From Vulcanimicrobiota bacterium (GTDB lineage: Bacteria > Vulcanimicrobiota > Vulcanimicrobiia > Eremiobacterales > Eremiobacteraceae): a stretch of DNA of 64,000 bases. A model generated the notes under the pieces. That model worked only from the letters and a program-made list of their open reading frames with translations. It ran no database searches and was not told where the DNA came from. The position numbers were made by a program, and so were the translations under genes. The stretch covers positions 224,001-288,000 of the forward strand of contig CAWDVP010000001.1 in assembly GCA_963805945.1 (NCBI GenBank), in the 5' to 3' direction. Below are positions 1-11,453 of the stretch, one piece after another (position 1 is the first letter of the stretch; the number at the start of each line of letters is the position of its first letter).

Positions 1-2240
1 CAAAGAGCGGCTGCTCGGCCACTGGGGCACGCAGCCCGGGCTGAACCTGATCTACGCGCACCTCGACCGCCTCATCGCGGACACCGGAGCGCGGATACTG
101 CTGGTGGTCGGTCCCGGTCACGGGGCACCGGCGATCTACGCCGACCTCTTCCTCGAAGGCAGTCTCGGACACCGCTATCCGGAGTTCTCCCGCAACCGCG
201 CGGGCGTTGAGCGGCTCGCGCGGCTCTTCTCATGGCCCGGCGGCCTGCCGAGCCATCTCAGCGCGTTCTCGCCGGGCGCACTGCATGAAGGCGGCGAGCT
301 CGGCTACAGCATCGCCCACGCCTTCGGCGCGGCGCTCGACAACCCGGATCTCATCGTCGCGTGCATCGTCGGCGACGGCGAAGCCGAGACCGGGCCGCTC
401 GCCGCCGCGTGGCAATCGAACAAGTTCCTCAATCCGGCCAGCTCGGGCGCCGTGCTGCCGATCCTGCATCTCAACGGCTACAAGCTGTCGGGTCCTGCGC
501 TCTTCGCGCGCATGAGCGCGCTGGAACTGCATCAGTATTTCGTCGGCTGCGGCTACGACGTCCGCCACATCATCACCGACGACGACCATGGCGATGCGCA
601 TCGACAGCTATGGAGCGCGATGAACTGGGCGTATGCCCGTATCCGGCACATCCAGGCCGAGGCGCGCGAAGGCCGGGCGATCGCGCCGCCGGCATGGCCG
701 CTCATCGTTCTGCGCACCCCGAAGGGATGGACAGGCCCGCGCGAGCTCCACGGCCGGCCCATCGAGGGCACCTTCCACTCGCATCAATTGCCGCTGCCCG
801 ATCCGCGCGGCGATCCCGAGCAATTTGCCGCGCTCGAAGCGTGGCTGCGCAGCTACCGCCCGGACGAACTGTTCGATGATCCAGGGAGCGCCGCGTTCGG
901 ACGTGCTCGCGGTCATCCCGCCGGACGCGTTGCGCATGGGTATGAGTCCACACGCGAACGGCGACGCCCGGCCGTTGCGCCTACCCTCGACCCACGCATA
1001 TGCGGTCGACGTCGGCACGCGCGGTGCCACCGCTGTCTCCGCGACGGAAGTCCTCGGGGGCTTCTTGCGCGACACGTTCCGGCTCAACGTCGAGCAGCGT
1101 TGCTTCCGGTTGATGTGCCCAGACGAGACCATGTCGAACAAGCTCGAAACGGTCTTTGAGGCGACTGACCGCGCGTTCATGTGGCCGCTCGTCGAGAGCG
1201 ATGAGTTCTTGTCGCGTGATGGACGCGTGATGGAGATCTTGAGCGAGACGACCTGCGAAGGCTGGCTGGAGGGCTACGTGCTCTCCGGACGGCACGGCGT
1301 CTTCGCCTGCTATGAGGCGTTCGCCACCATCGTCGACTCGATGGTGTCGCAGCACGCGAAGTGGCTCAAGACCGCCCGCGAAGTCACGTGGCGGCAGCCG
1401 GTCCCGTCCTTGAACATCCTGCTCACCTCGCACGCGTGGCGGCAGGACCACAACGGCTATTCGCACCAGGGGCCGGGGTTCATCGACGCGCTGATCAGCA
1501 AGAAAAGCTCCATCGTCCGCGCCTATCTGCCGCCGGACGCGAATTGCCTCGTGTCCGTGTTCGAGCATTGCCTGCGCAGCCGCGACCACATCAATCTGGT
1601 CATCGTTTCCAAGAACGACGCGCCGCAATGGCTTTCGATGCAGGAGGCGGAGCAGCACTGCGCGCGCGGCGCGTCGATCTGGGATTGGGCGGGCGACGAG
1701 GGCGACGGCGCCGCCGAGGTCGTGCTCGCCGCCGCGGGTGACGTGCCGACGCTGGAAACGCTCGCCGCCGCGTGGCTGCTGCGCAGGCATGCGCCGGAGT
1801 TGCGCGTGCGCGTCGTCAACGTCGTCGATCTTTTCGCGCTCGCCGAGCCCGACGAGCATCCGCACGGCCTCGACGCGCAGACCTTCGCGCGATGCTTCGG
1901 CGAACATCTGCCGGTCGTATTCGCGTTCCATGGCTACCCGCGTGTCATCCACGAATTGGTGCACCGCCGGCCCGACCCGACGCGCTTCCACGTCCGCGGC
2001 TATATCGAGGAGGGCTCGACGACGACGCCTTTCGATATGGTGGTGCGCAACCAGGTGAGCCGCTATCATCTCGCGCTCGAAGCGCTGCGCCGCGCCGGTT
2101 CGAAGAGCACTGCGGTCGCGGCCGCGACGGATCTCTTCAACGACAGGTTGGCGGCGCATCGCACGTACGTGGTCGAGCACGGCGTCGACATGCCGGAGAT
2201 AACCCAGTGGATGTGGGCTGATGCGGGCACGCCGTCGTAG
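1..2240 (+). CDS. xfp: Phosphoketolase (XFP family); 5' end outside window; apparent +1 frameshift near 881
   Basis: From base 2 the frame reads KERLLGHWGTQPGLNLIYAHL, then GPGHG, HEGGELGY and GDGEAETGP (ThDP-binding). It continues in ORF 633..2240 with EILSE, WRQDHNGYSHQGPG and GYIEEGSTTTPFDM. The join is gat-gat-[c]-cag-gga-gcg. Confidence 0.93.
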
Positions 2241-3534
2241 CGGCTCGCCGCGCGGCGCGACCTCATACCTCTCGTGCGATGCGGGGTCGAGCAGCTACAA
2301 AGCCGCGCTGTACGACGTCGGGTCGCCGCTGCCGCTCGATCCGCCTGCGCCGCGCTGGTCCGGCGAGATCTCGTGGAAGCACCTGCCCGGCAACGCGTCC
2401 GTCCGTTCGTCCTGGCAGGATGGCCGGGTGAGCGAAAGCGCGCTCATGCTGGAACGCCCTCTCGATGCGCCCGGCCGGCTGCTGCACGAGATGGCTGCGG
2501 CGGCGGTGCCCGCGTTCCCGGCGCCGGGCGACGTCGACGCCGCGGTCCATCGCATCGTGCACGCCGGTGACCTGCGGTCTTCGCCCGCCCGCGTCACGAT
2601 GGAGGTGCGGCGCACCATCGCGGCGGCGGCACCGCTCGCGCCGGAGCACAACGAGCTGGCGCTCGCCGGCATCGATGCGCTGAGCCGGGCGCTGCCCAGG
2701 GCCGAACAGTTCGTCGTCAGCGACTCCGCATATCACGCCGACATGCCCGACGCGGCGTCGACGTATGCGGTGCCGATGGCGTGGCAGAAGGTGTGGGGCA
2801 TCCGCAGGCTGGGCTTCCACGGGATCAGCCATAAGGATGCCGCGCAGCGCAGCGCTCGTCTGATCGGCGCGCCCTTGCGCGGGCTCAAAATCGTGACGTG
2901 CCATCTCGGCAACGGCTGTTCGCTTGCCGCGACGGCCGCGGGCTGCAGCGTCGACACGACCATGGGCTGGACGCCGCTCGAAGGCCTCGTCATGGGTCAA
3001 CGCTCGGGCAGCGTCGACCCGGGCATCATCCTCTATCTGCTCGAGCGCGGCCGCTATACGCCCGCCGAGCTGGCGCGCGTGCTCAACGAGCAGTCCGGCC
3101 TGCGCGGGATCTCCGGGCTGTCGGGTGACATGCGCGAGATCATCGCCGCTGCGACCGGCGGCCACCCGCAGGCGACGCTGGCGTTCGACGTCTTCACCCA
3201 TCGCCTGCGCGCGGCGATCGGCGCGATGACGGCGAGCCTCGGCGGCATCGACGTGCTGACGTTCACCGGCGGCATCGGCGAGAACGCGGCGGAGGTCCGG
3301 CTCGCCGCATGCTGCGGCCTCGAATTCCTCGGCATGCGTCTCGACGAAGAGCGCAATCGCGGCGTCGGCGCGAAGGACGCGGATATCGCGATGCCCGATT
3401 CGCGCGTGCGCATCCTCGTGGTGCACGCTCGCGAGACCTGGGCGATGGTTCGCGAATGCGCGCAGGCGTTCGAACGCCAACCCGAGCTCCGCTCGGGCAC
3501 TACCGACGGTTCTCGCGGAAGCAAGGAGCTGTAG
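2221..3534 (+). CDS. ackA: Acetate kinase
   Basis: Motifs DAGSSSYK, HRIVH, APLAPEHN, GFHGISH, CHLGNGCS, DTTMGWTPLEGLVMGQRSGSVDP and FTGGIGEN. Follows xfp. Exact start uncertain. Confidence 0.92.
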   Translation: MRARRRSGSPRGATSYLSCDAGSSSYKAALYDVGSPLPLDPPAPRWSGEISWKHLPGNASVRSSWQDGRVSESALMLERPLDAPGRLLHEMAAAAVPAFPAPGDVDAAVHRIVHAGDLRSSPARVTMEVRRTIAAAAPLAPEHNELALAGIDALSRALPRAEQFVVSDSAYHADMPDAASTYAVPMAWQKVWGIRRLGFHGISHKDAAQRSARLIGAPLRGLKIVTCHLGNGCSLAATAAGCSVDTTMGWTPLEGLVMGQRSGSVDPGIILYLLERGRYTPAELARVLNEQSGLRGISGLSGDMREIIAAATGGHPQATLAFDVFTHRLRAAIGAMTASLGGIDVLTFTGGIGENAAEVRLAACCGLEFLGMRLDEERNRGVGAKDADIAMPDSRVRILVVHARETWAMVRECAQAFERQPELRSGTTDGSRGSKEL

Positions 3535-3537
3535 ATC

Positions 3538-3994
3538 ATGGGACTCTTCCACACCATCCTCGTGCCCATCGACGGGTCGGAAGCCTCAGACGCCGCGTGC
3601 GCGCTCGCCGTGCGGCTCGCGGCGGAGCACGGCGCGTCGATCGCTTTCATCAACGTCGTGGAGACGGACAAGATCATCGCCTCCGTCGTCCCCGGGCAAG
3701 GCTACGCCGACCCGATGCCGGCGATCGAGGCGCTGCGCGCGGGGGGCGGCGCGATGCTCAAGGACGCGCTGGACGCTCGCCAAGGCGGCTGGCGTCGCCG
3801 CCACGTCTGAGCTCGCAGAAGGCGATTGCCTCCAGACCATTCTCGATCGGGCCAAGAGCGGCGACGCAGACCTCATCGTCATGGGCAGCCATGGCCGGGG
3901 CGGCGTGGCGCGCCTCATGCTCGGCAGCATCGCCGAGGGCGTGCTGCGAAACGGCACCACGCCGGTGCTCGTCACCAAGGCGCACAAGGACTGA
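3538..3994 (+). CDS. Universal stress protein; apparent +1 frameshift near 3771
   Basis: N-terminus FHTILVPIDGSEAS. After removing one base it continues LAKAAGVAATSELAEGD...ADLIVMGSHGRGGVARLMLGSIAEGVLR...PVLV to TGA at 3992-3994. Confidence 0.88.
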
Positions 3995-3999
3995 CGCCG

Positions 4000-4452
4000 A
4001 TGCTAGGACATCTCGACGCCGACGAGATCGACGAGCTGCTCTCGCGCGGGATCGTCGGGCGCATCGGCTGCCACGCCGGCGGGCGCACCTATGTCGTGCC
4101 GATCACCTACGCCTATGAAGACGGCGCGATCATCGGTCACAGCGCGAACGGCTTGAAGCTGCAGATGATGCGCGAGAATCCGAACGTGTGCTTCGAGGTG
4201 GACCAGATGGACGATCTGGCGAACTGGCGCAGCGTGATCGCGTGGGGCCGATATGAGGAGCTGGGCGGCGCTGAGGCGGACCATGCGATGGCGCAGCTGC
4301 TCGGCAAGCTGCTGCCGTTGACGGCGACGAGCGAGACGAGCCATCCCGTGAAGGACCTCGCGCATCAGCATCGCGCGATGGCCGAAGGCCTCACGGCCGT
4401 CGTCTATCGCATCCGCCTCACGGAGAAATCCGGCCGCTTCGAGAGGCGCTAG
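4000..4452 (+). CDS. Pyridoxamine 5'-phosphate oxidase-like flavin-binding protein
   Basis: MLGHLDADEIDELL...VGRIGC...YVVPITY...GLKLQMMRENPNVCFEVD...WRSVIAWGRYEEL. Confidence 0.85.
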   Translation: MLGHLDADEIDELLSRGIVGRIGCHAGGRTYVVPITYAYEDGAIIGHSANGLKLQMMRENPNVCFEVDQMDDLANWRSVIAWGRYEELGGAEADHAMAQLLGKLLPLTATSETSHPVKDLAHQHRAMAEGLTAVVYRIRLTEKSGRFERR

Positions 4453-4456
4453 ACCA

Positions 4457-7022
4457 GTGGCTCGCACGAGCCCGGGCGACGCCGCCGGCGACGGTTGGCG
4501 CGCGGTAGAGTTGGGCGCGTCGGCTCGCATGTCGACCGCTGACGTCTTCACCGCGTTGGACGGTTCGCCGCAGGGGCTCTCGTCGGCGGAGGCGGCGCGA
4601 CGGCTGGTCGTCGCCGGTCCCAATTCGCTGCACCGGTACCACGCGCACGCAGGCGCCGTCCTCACCCGTCAGCTGAACAACCCGCTACTGCTGTTGCTCG
4701 CTGCCACCGCGATCGCAGCCGTCCTCCTCGGCGAGAAGACCGACGCGCTCATCATCTTGGCCATCGTCGGACTGAGCATCGGGCTCGGTTTTATCAACGA
4801 GTATCGCTCGGCGCGCGCGATCGAAGCGCTCCAAGCACAGGTCACGCATTCGGCCGTCGCCCTGCGCGACGGTCGCGTACAAGGGCTTGACGTCGCGACG
4901 CTGGTGCCCGGCGACGTCATCCTCTTGGATGTCGGTGACATCGTGCCCGCCGACGCCCGCCTGCTCGACGTCGCCGGCCTCGAGTGCGACGAGAGCGCGC
5001 TCACCGGCGAGTCGCAGCCCGTGGAGAAATCGGCGCTGCCGATGTCGACGGCGGCCGGCCCGCTCGAGCTGACGTCGTGCGCGTTCATGGGCACCGTCGT
5101 GCGCGGCGGCAGCGGCCGCGCCGTGGTCGTCCGCACGGGGACGCGCAGCGAGTTCGGCGCTATCGCCCAGCGGTTGAGCACCCGCCTCCCGGAGACGGTC
5201 TTCCAACAGGGGCTGCGCAAGTTCTCGACGATGCTGGTGCAGATCACGCTCGTGCTTTGCATCATCATCTTCATCCTCAACCTCTGGCTGCTGCACCGCC
5301 CGCTCTTCGAGTCGCTGCTGTTCGCCCTTGCCATCGCGGTCGGGCTCACGCCCCAGCTGTTGCCTGCCATCGTCACGATCGGGCTCGCGCGCGGCGCGAG
5401 CATGATGGCCCGCAAGTCGGTGATCGTCAAGCGCCTCGTCAGTATCGAGGATTTCGGCAACATCGAGGTGCTTTTCACGGACAAGACGGGGACGCTGACG
5501 GAGGGACGCATCACCTTCAGGGGCGCGATCGACGAACATGGCTCGCCCTCGGACGAGATCCTCTCGCTGGGGCTGTTGTGCAACGCGGCTTCGCCACAAG
5601 ATGGGGGCGCCATCGGCGGCACGCCGCTCGATCGCGCGCTGTGGGAAGCGCCGCCGCCCGCCGGACTGACGGGCAGCACACGCCTCGGTGCGGCGCCATT
5701 CGACTACACGCGGCGCCGCATGTCGGTGCTCGTACGAGGATGCGCTCGGACATCGCACCATCGTCACCAAGGGCGCCCCCGAGGCGGTCTTCGCCTGCTG
5801 TGCGCAGGTGCCCGCATCGCTGCGCGCATCGCTTGACGCGCAGTTCGCGGCCGGTTCGCGCGTCGTCGCCGTGGCGACTCGCGATGCGGGCGCGGCGACG
5901 TCGGTGAGCGCGGCGGACGAACATGACCTCACGCCGGCGGGCCTGCTGGTCTTCGAAGACGCGCCGAAAGCCGACGCACGCGAATCGCTCGACCGCTTGC
6001 GCGCGCTGGGCGTGGAGGTCAAGCTGCTGACCGGTGACAACGAGCGCGTGGCGCAGAAGGTGTGGGCGGATCTCGGCCTGGGCGAGGCGCGCTGCCTCAC
6101 CGGCGTCGAGATCGAAGCGATGGCGGATGCGCAGCTGCGGCGTGAGTTGCCCGGCGTGTCGATCCTCGCGCGCGTCTCGCCCGAACAGAAGTCGCGGATC
6201 ATCCGCGCGCAGCGGGCGACGGGGACGGACGTCGGATTCCTCGGCGACGGCGTCAACGACGCCATCGCGCTGCACGACGCGGACGTCGGCATCTCGGTCG
6301 ATTCGGCGGTCGACGTGGCCAAAGATGCGGCGGACATCGTGCTGCTCCGCAAGGATCTCGGCACGCTCGCCGACGGCGTCGTCGAGGGTCGCCGCATCTT
6401 CGCCAACACGATCAAGTACGTGCTCATGGGCACCTCGTCCAACTTCGGCAACATGGTGAGCACCGCCGGCGCGTCGCTCATCATCCCCTTCTTGCCGATG
6501 CTGCCGTCGCAGATACTGCTCAACAACCTGCTCTACGATGCGAGCGAGATGACCATACCGACCGACAACGTCGACCCGGAGATGCTGCGCCGGCCGGCGC
6601 ATTGGGACATCGGCATGATCCGCAGGTTCATGGCCGTGTTCGGACCGATCAGCTCGCTCTTCGATTTCGCGATCTTCGGCGCCCTGATCTTCATCTTCCA
6701 TGCGGGAGAGACGATGTTCCAGACCGGCTTCTTCGTCGAAAGTCTCGTCACGCAGACGCTCGTCATCTTCGCCATCCGCACGCGGCGCGTGCCCTTCTTC
6801 CGCAGCCGGCCGAGCGCGGCGCTGACGATCACGACGCTCGCGGCGGTCGCGATCGGCATATCGCTGCCGTTCTCGCCGCTCGCGGGCCTCTTCGGCTTCG
6901 CGCCGCTGCCGCAATTGCTCTTCGGAACGATCATGGCCGCGATCGTCACGGTCTACTTCACGCTCGTCGAGACGGCCAAGACCTTCTTCTACCGGCGGGT
7001 CATCGCCGAGGCGGGCCGATGA
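4457..7022 (+). CDS. mgtA: Mg2+-transporting-type P-type ATPase; apparent +1 frameshift near 5733-5735
   Basis: TGES, DKTGTLT, KGAPE, TGDN, GDGVND and GTSSNFGNM motifs are split over ORFs 4457..5836 and 5688..7022. Confidence 0.85.
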
Positions 7023-9740
7023 GCGCCGGCGGCGAGCGCGCCTGGCCGCACCGGCTCGACGCGTTGTTCTCACCGCGGAGCGTCGCGGTCATCGGGGCGA
7101 GCGAGCGGCCGCACAGCGTCGGCCGCATCGTCTTCTCGAATCTCACCGACGGGTCGTTCGGCGGCGCCGCGTTTCCGGTGACGCCGGCGCACGCGTCGGT
7201 GCTCGGGCATGCGGCGTTCGCGGACATCGGCGCAGTGCCTCGCCCAGTCGACCTCGCGATCATCGCGACGCCTGCGGCGTCCGTCCCCGGCATCGTCGCG
7301 CAGTGCGCCGCCGCCGGCGTCAACGCCGCCATCATCCTGTCGGCGGGGTTCCGTGAGACGGGCGCTGCGGGCGTCGAGCTGGAGCGGCGCATCGCGCTCA
7401 GCGCCGCCAGCACGGGCCTGCGCATCCTCGGCCCCAATTGTCTCGGGCTGATGTCGCCGGGCAGCGGTTTGAACGCGAGTTTCGCCGGCGAATCGGCTCT
7501 GCCCGGGTCTGTGGGATTCGTGAGCCAGAGCGGCGCGCTGTGCACCGCAGTGTTGGATTGGAGCCTGGGCGAGCGCGTCGGCTTCAGCGCGTTCGTGTCG
7601 GTCGGCTCGATGCTCGACATCGGCTGGGCCGATCTCATCTACTATCTCGGTGACGACCCGGCGTGCAAGAGCATCGTGTTGTACATGGAGTCGGTCGGCA
7701 ATGCCCGCACGTTCTTGTCGGCGGCGCGCGAGGTGGCGCAGTCCAAGCCGATCGTGGTCATGAAGGCCGGCCGGACGGCGGTCGCCGCGCATGCCGCCGC
7801 CTCGCACACCGGCGCGCTTGCGGGCAGCGACGACGTCATCGATGCGGCGCTGCGACGCTGTGGCGTGCTGCGCGTCGACGCGCTCGAAGACCTCTTCCAG
7901 ATGGCAGACGTGCTTTCGAAGCAGCCCCGGCCTCGAGGCAGACGACTCGCCATCGTGACCAATGCCGGCGGCGCCGGCGTGATCGCCGCGGACGCGCTCA
8001 TCCGGGGCGGCGGCGAGACGGCGACGCTGTCGGCCGCCAGCATGGCAGCGCTCGACGTCTTCTTGCCCCCGAGCTGGAGCAAGGGCGACCCGATCGATAT
8101 GTTGGGCGACGCCGATCCCGCGCGCTACGAGCGCACGCTTGAGATCGTGGCGGCGGACGAGGGCGTGGACGGGCTGCTCGTCGCGCTCGCACCGCAAGGC
8201 GTCGCCGATGCAGCCGACGTCGCCGCACGGGTGGCCCAAGCACGGGCGCTTGGATCGAAAGCCCGTGCTCGCGGCCTGGATCGGCGGACCAGGGGTGAGC
8301 GCAGGCGCCGCCGTGCTGCGCGACGCCGGCGTGCCGGTGTTCACCTATCCGGACACCGCGGCCCGCGTCTTCAACGACATGTGGCGCAGCGAGGCGAATC
8401 TGCGCGCGCTGTTCGAGACTCCCGCGCCTACCACGGAACTTGACGAGGCCTCGCGGCGCGCGGTCGCGGCCGAAGTCATCGCCGGCGCGCAGTCACGCGG
8501 GCGTACGGTGCTCACCGAAGCCGAAGCGAAACGCATGCTCGCCGCATATGGCATCCCGACGGTGCCGACGGCGAGCGCCTCGAACATCGCGGACGCCATC
8601 CTCGCCGCGAAGCGGATGGGCTATCCCGTGGTCGTGAAGCTCAACTCCGAGACGATCACGCACAAGAGCGAGGTCGGCGGCGTGTGCTTGGACGTCGCGG
8701 ATGCGAGCGGGGTCGAGAGCGCGTATCGCCAGATCGAAGCGTCGGTGCTGGCGGCGACGGGGCCGGGAAACTTCGCGGGCGTGAGCGTCGAGCCGATGAT
8801 CCGTCGGCGTGGGATCGAGCTGATCCTCGGCAGCGCCGTCGACGCGCAGTTCGGACCGACGCTCTTGTTCGGCACGGGCGGGACGCTCGCTGAGGTGCTC
8901 GCCGACAGCGCGGTCGAGCTGCCGCCCTTGACGACGACGCTCGCGCGGCAGCTCATGGAGCGGACGAAGATATACCGCGCCCTCAAAGGCATCCGTGGCG
9001 AGCCGCCGGCCGACCTCGCGGCGCTCGAAACCACGCTCGTCCGCTTCGGCACATTGGTCATGGAACAGCCGCGCATCCGCGAGATCGAGATGAACCCGCT
9101 GCTCGCCGGGAGCGATGGCGTGCTCGCGCTGGATGCCCGCGCGATCCTCCATCCAGCGGAATCGCGCGACGAGGACCTGCCGCGCCCGGCCATCCGCGCC
9201 TATCCGGCGCAGTATGCTGGTGAGTGCGTGTTGCGCGACGGCGCGCGCCTCCACATCCGGCCGATCCGTCCCGATGACGAGCCCATGATGCGCGAGTTCC
9301 ACGGCGCGCTGTCGAAGGAGAGCGTCTACCATCGGTACGCGGGCATCGTCTCGCTCGATCAGCGCATCGTCCACGAGAACCTCTCGCGCGTGTGCTTCAT
9401 CGACTACGCGCGGCAGATCGCACTCGTGGCGATCGCGGGCTCCACGATCGTCGCGGTCGCGCGGCTCATCCGTGCGCACGATGCGGATGAAGCGGAGTTC
9501 GCGCTCGTCGTGACGGACGCGTACCAGCGCCGCGGCCTCGGCATGGAACTCATGCGACGCCTATTGGCCATCGCCCGCACCGAACGCATCGGCGCCGTCG
9601 TCGGCTACATCTTGAATGAGAATCTCGGCATGCAGCGCATCTGCTCGACGCTCGGCTTCACGCTCGAGCCGGGTGACGCGAAGGATTTCGTCCGCGCGGT
9701 GTATCGGGTGACGCCCGACGTCCCGACCGGGCCGATCTAA
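7019..9740 (+). CDS. Acetate-CoA ligase (ADP-forming) family / GNAT fusion (Pat/YfiQ-like); apparent +1 frameshift near 8236
   Basis: CoA-binding domain ([21 protein letters not shown]), ATP-grasp domain ([15 protein letters not shown]) and C-terminal GNAT ([25 protein letters not shown]). The ATG overlaps the ATPase stop. Confidence 0.88.
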
Positions 9741-9756
9741 AGATCGGCCCCTACAT
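9729..9756 (-). repeat. GTAG-type REP palindrome
   Basis: Minus strand reads ATGTAGGGGCCGATCTTTAGATCGGCCC, identical to the copy at 54588. Lies between convergent genes. Confidence 0.85.
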
Positions 9757-10196
9757 CAAGATTTGTTCGAGCGTACTGCCAGGACCGGGATGGGCGACGC
9801 GCGCAGCACGCCTTCCGCGATGCTGCCGAGGAACAGGCGTGCGAGACCGTGGCGGCCGTGACTGCCGATGACGATGAGAGCGCAGCCGCGGGCGGCGGCG
9901 GCGTCAAGGATGGCGCGCACCGGCTCTTCCTCTTGCAGCACAAGCTCGTGTTGCACGCCCGCGCTCTTCGCGCGGGCACCCGCCTCGGCGAGGATCGCCT
10001 GGCCTTCGGCACGCAGTTGGTCGAACATCGGATTTCGGCCGCCGCCGTGGGCCACGATCGGCGCGTCCAAAACCGACAGGTCGAGCGCGTAGCAGAAGAT
10101 GAGCGAGCTGTGCCCCTTGGCCAGCGCTATCGCGAGGTCCGTCGCCGCGTGCGCGCAGTGCGATCCGTCGACGGCGACGAGGATGCGTTCGAACAC
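9756..10196 (-). CDS. Universal stress protein
   Basis: MFERILVAVDGS...LIVIGSHGRHGLARLFLGSIAEGVLRASPIPVL. Confidence 0.92.
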   Translation of the reverse strand: MFERILVAVDGSHCAHAATDLAIALAKGHSSLIFCYALDLSVLDAPIVAHGGGRNPMFDQLRAEGQAILAEAGARAKSAGVQHELVLQEEEPVRAILDAAAARGCALIVIGSHGRHGLARLFLGSIAEGVLRASPIPVLAVRSNKS

Positions 10197-10218
10197 GGAC
10201 TGCCTGCCTTCCGCTTCG

Positions 10219-10251
10219 ATGATACCGCCGGCTCAGGAAGAGGCCGTGAAT
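10219..10251 (-). promoter_or_regulatory. Putative promoter with shared island motif
   Basis: Minus strand ATTCACG-N20-TATCAT upstream of the USP start at 10196. Confidence 0.45.
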
Positions 10252-10266
10252 TCCAGGCCCGCTTCT

Positions 10267-10863
10267 TCACACCTCGTGGATGGCGCCTTCCGATCGAGCG
10301 CCGAGCTCGGCGACGAGCTCCTCGATGAACCGATCGAGCGCCGGCCAATCGGTATACTCGTAGTCACGCGACGTGTCGGTGTCACCGCCCTCCCGCCTCG
10401 CGATGTCTTTCATCACGAGACGCAACAGCACGTTGTAATGGCTATAGAGCAGCGCGCCGGCGATCGGCATGACGCGGGCCGGGCGCCAGTGCGTCTCCTC
10501 GAAGAAGGCGTCGAGCATGCCTTGTACCTCATGCGCCGCCTTCGCCCGCGCTTCGGGGCTGGCGGACGCCTTCTCGGCGCCGGCCTCCGAGAGGCTGATC
10601 GAAAGGAGCGCCGTCCGCATGTGTTCGAGCATCGCCTTGTGCTTGCGCACGAAAGCGATCATCTCGGGCTCGTGGTGCCCGGTATGGATCGACGCGACGA
10701 GGATGACGGCGCTATAGGCGCTCAGATCGATATCGCCGTGCATGCTCGCGACATCGACCACTTCCTCGGGCACCGCGTGCGTCCGGACGGTGGCGGCGAC
10801 GTGTTCGGCCACCCGCTTCGCCTGGCCCTCGCGTGTGGCGTAGGCGATGAGAATCTGTTTCAC
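10267..10863 (-). CDS. Flavodoxin-domain protein (HemG/protoporphyrinogen oxidase-like)
   Basis: ILIAYATREGQAKRVAE, ASIHTGHH, AGALLYSHY and DTSRDYEYTDW. Confidence 0.82.
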   Translation of the reverse strand: MKQILIAYATREGQAKRVAEHVAATVRTHAVPEEVVDVASMHGDIDLSAYSAVILVASIHTGHHEPEMIAFVRKHKAMLEHMRTALLSISLSEAGAEKASASPEARAKAAHEVQGMLDAFFEETHWRPARVMPIAGALLYSHYNVLLRLVMKDIARREGGDTDTSRDYEYTDWPALDRFIEELVAELGARSEGAIHEV

Positions 10864-10888
10864 GCAACCCTCGATCTTCGGCGAGAGA

Positions 10889-11356
10889 TCACGAGCGGGC
10901 GCTCTCTTCCATGACGTCTTTGATGCGGCGAAGCAGTTCGCGCGCGGTCTCCTGTGCGATGCGGTGGCCCAACGCCATATCGAACACCTGCCCCGCTGGA
11001 CCGAACGGCGGCTCGTAGTCGCCAGTCAGCGAGAGGAAGCATCGGCCGCCCGGCTCGGCGTGCAGCGTGAGCGAACCCTTGAATGTCGGAAAGGCGCCGC
11101 CGTGCTTCGGTGACCAGTGCAGCGACAATTGCTGCTGCTGGCGATCGAGCTCGTCGCCGGCCGGCGCATACGTGGCGACCACCTCCCGGCCGATGCTCAC
11201 GCCGCCCGGCACGCCGAGCACGTCTCCCGGCAGCTTCAACTCCAGCGTCCCCGGCGTTGCGTTGGGAACGGCGAGCTGGTCCATATACCATTCCAAGTAC
11301 GACGGCACTTGGGCCGCGGGCCAGCGCACGAGCAGGCCTTCATGGAGATGTGCCAT
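10889..11356 (-). CDS. Hypothetical protein (possible helix-grip/SRPBCC-like fold)
   Basis: GAGG precedes the ATG at 11356; contains FPTFKGSLTL...LTGDYEPPFGPAGQVFD. Fold is a guess. Confidence 0.6.
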   Translation of the reverse strand: MAHLHEGLLVRWPAAQVPSYLEWYMDQLAVPNATPGTLELKLPGDVLGVPGGVSIGREVVATYAPAGDELDRQQQQLSLHWSPKHGGAFPTFKGSLTLHAEPGGRCFLSLTGDYEPPFGPAGQVFDMALGHRIAQETARELLRRIKDVMEESARS

Positions 11357-11362
11357 GCCTCT

Positions 11363-11406
11363 ATTCCACCGCACCGGTCTGCCGGGCATATGAACTTCCG
11401 GTGAAG
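11363..11406 (-). promoter_or_regulatory. Putative promoter with shared island motif
   Basis: Plus strand TATGAAC-ttcc-GGTGAAG at 11389-11406, 20 nt from a weak -10 (TGGAAT on the minus strand). Confidence 0.4.
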
Positions 11407-11453
11407 TCCGGCGGGCGTGCGGGACCGCTCTCGCCTCGACCGAAGGTGCCGTC

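Noticed and set aside
878..8240. Programmed ribosomal frameshifting at the four breaks
   Set aside because: There are no shared slippery heptamers, and these gene families are not known to use it. Sequencing error is the simpler explanation.
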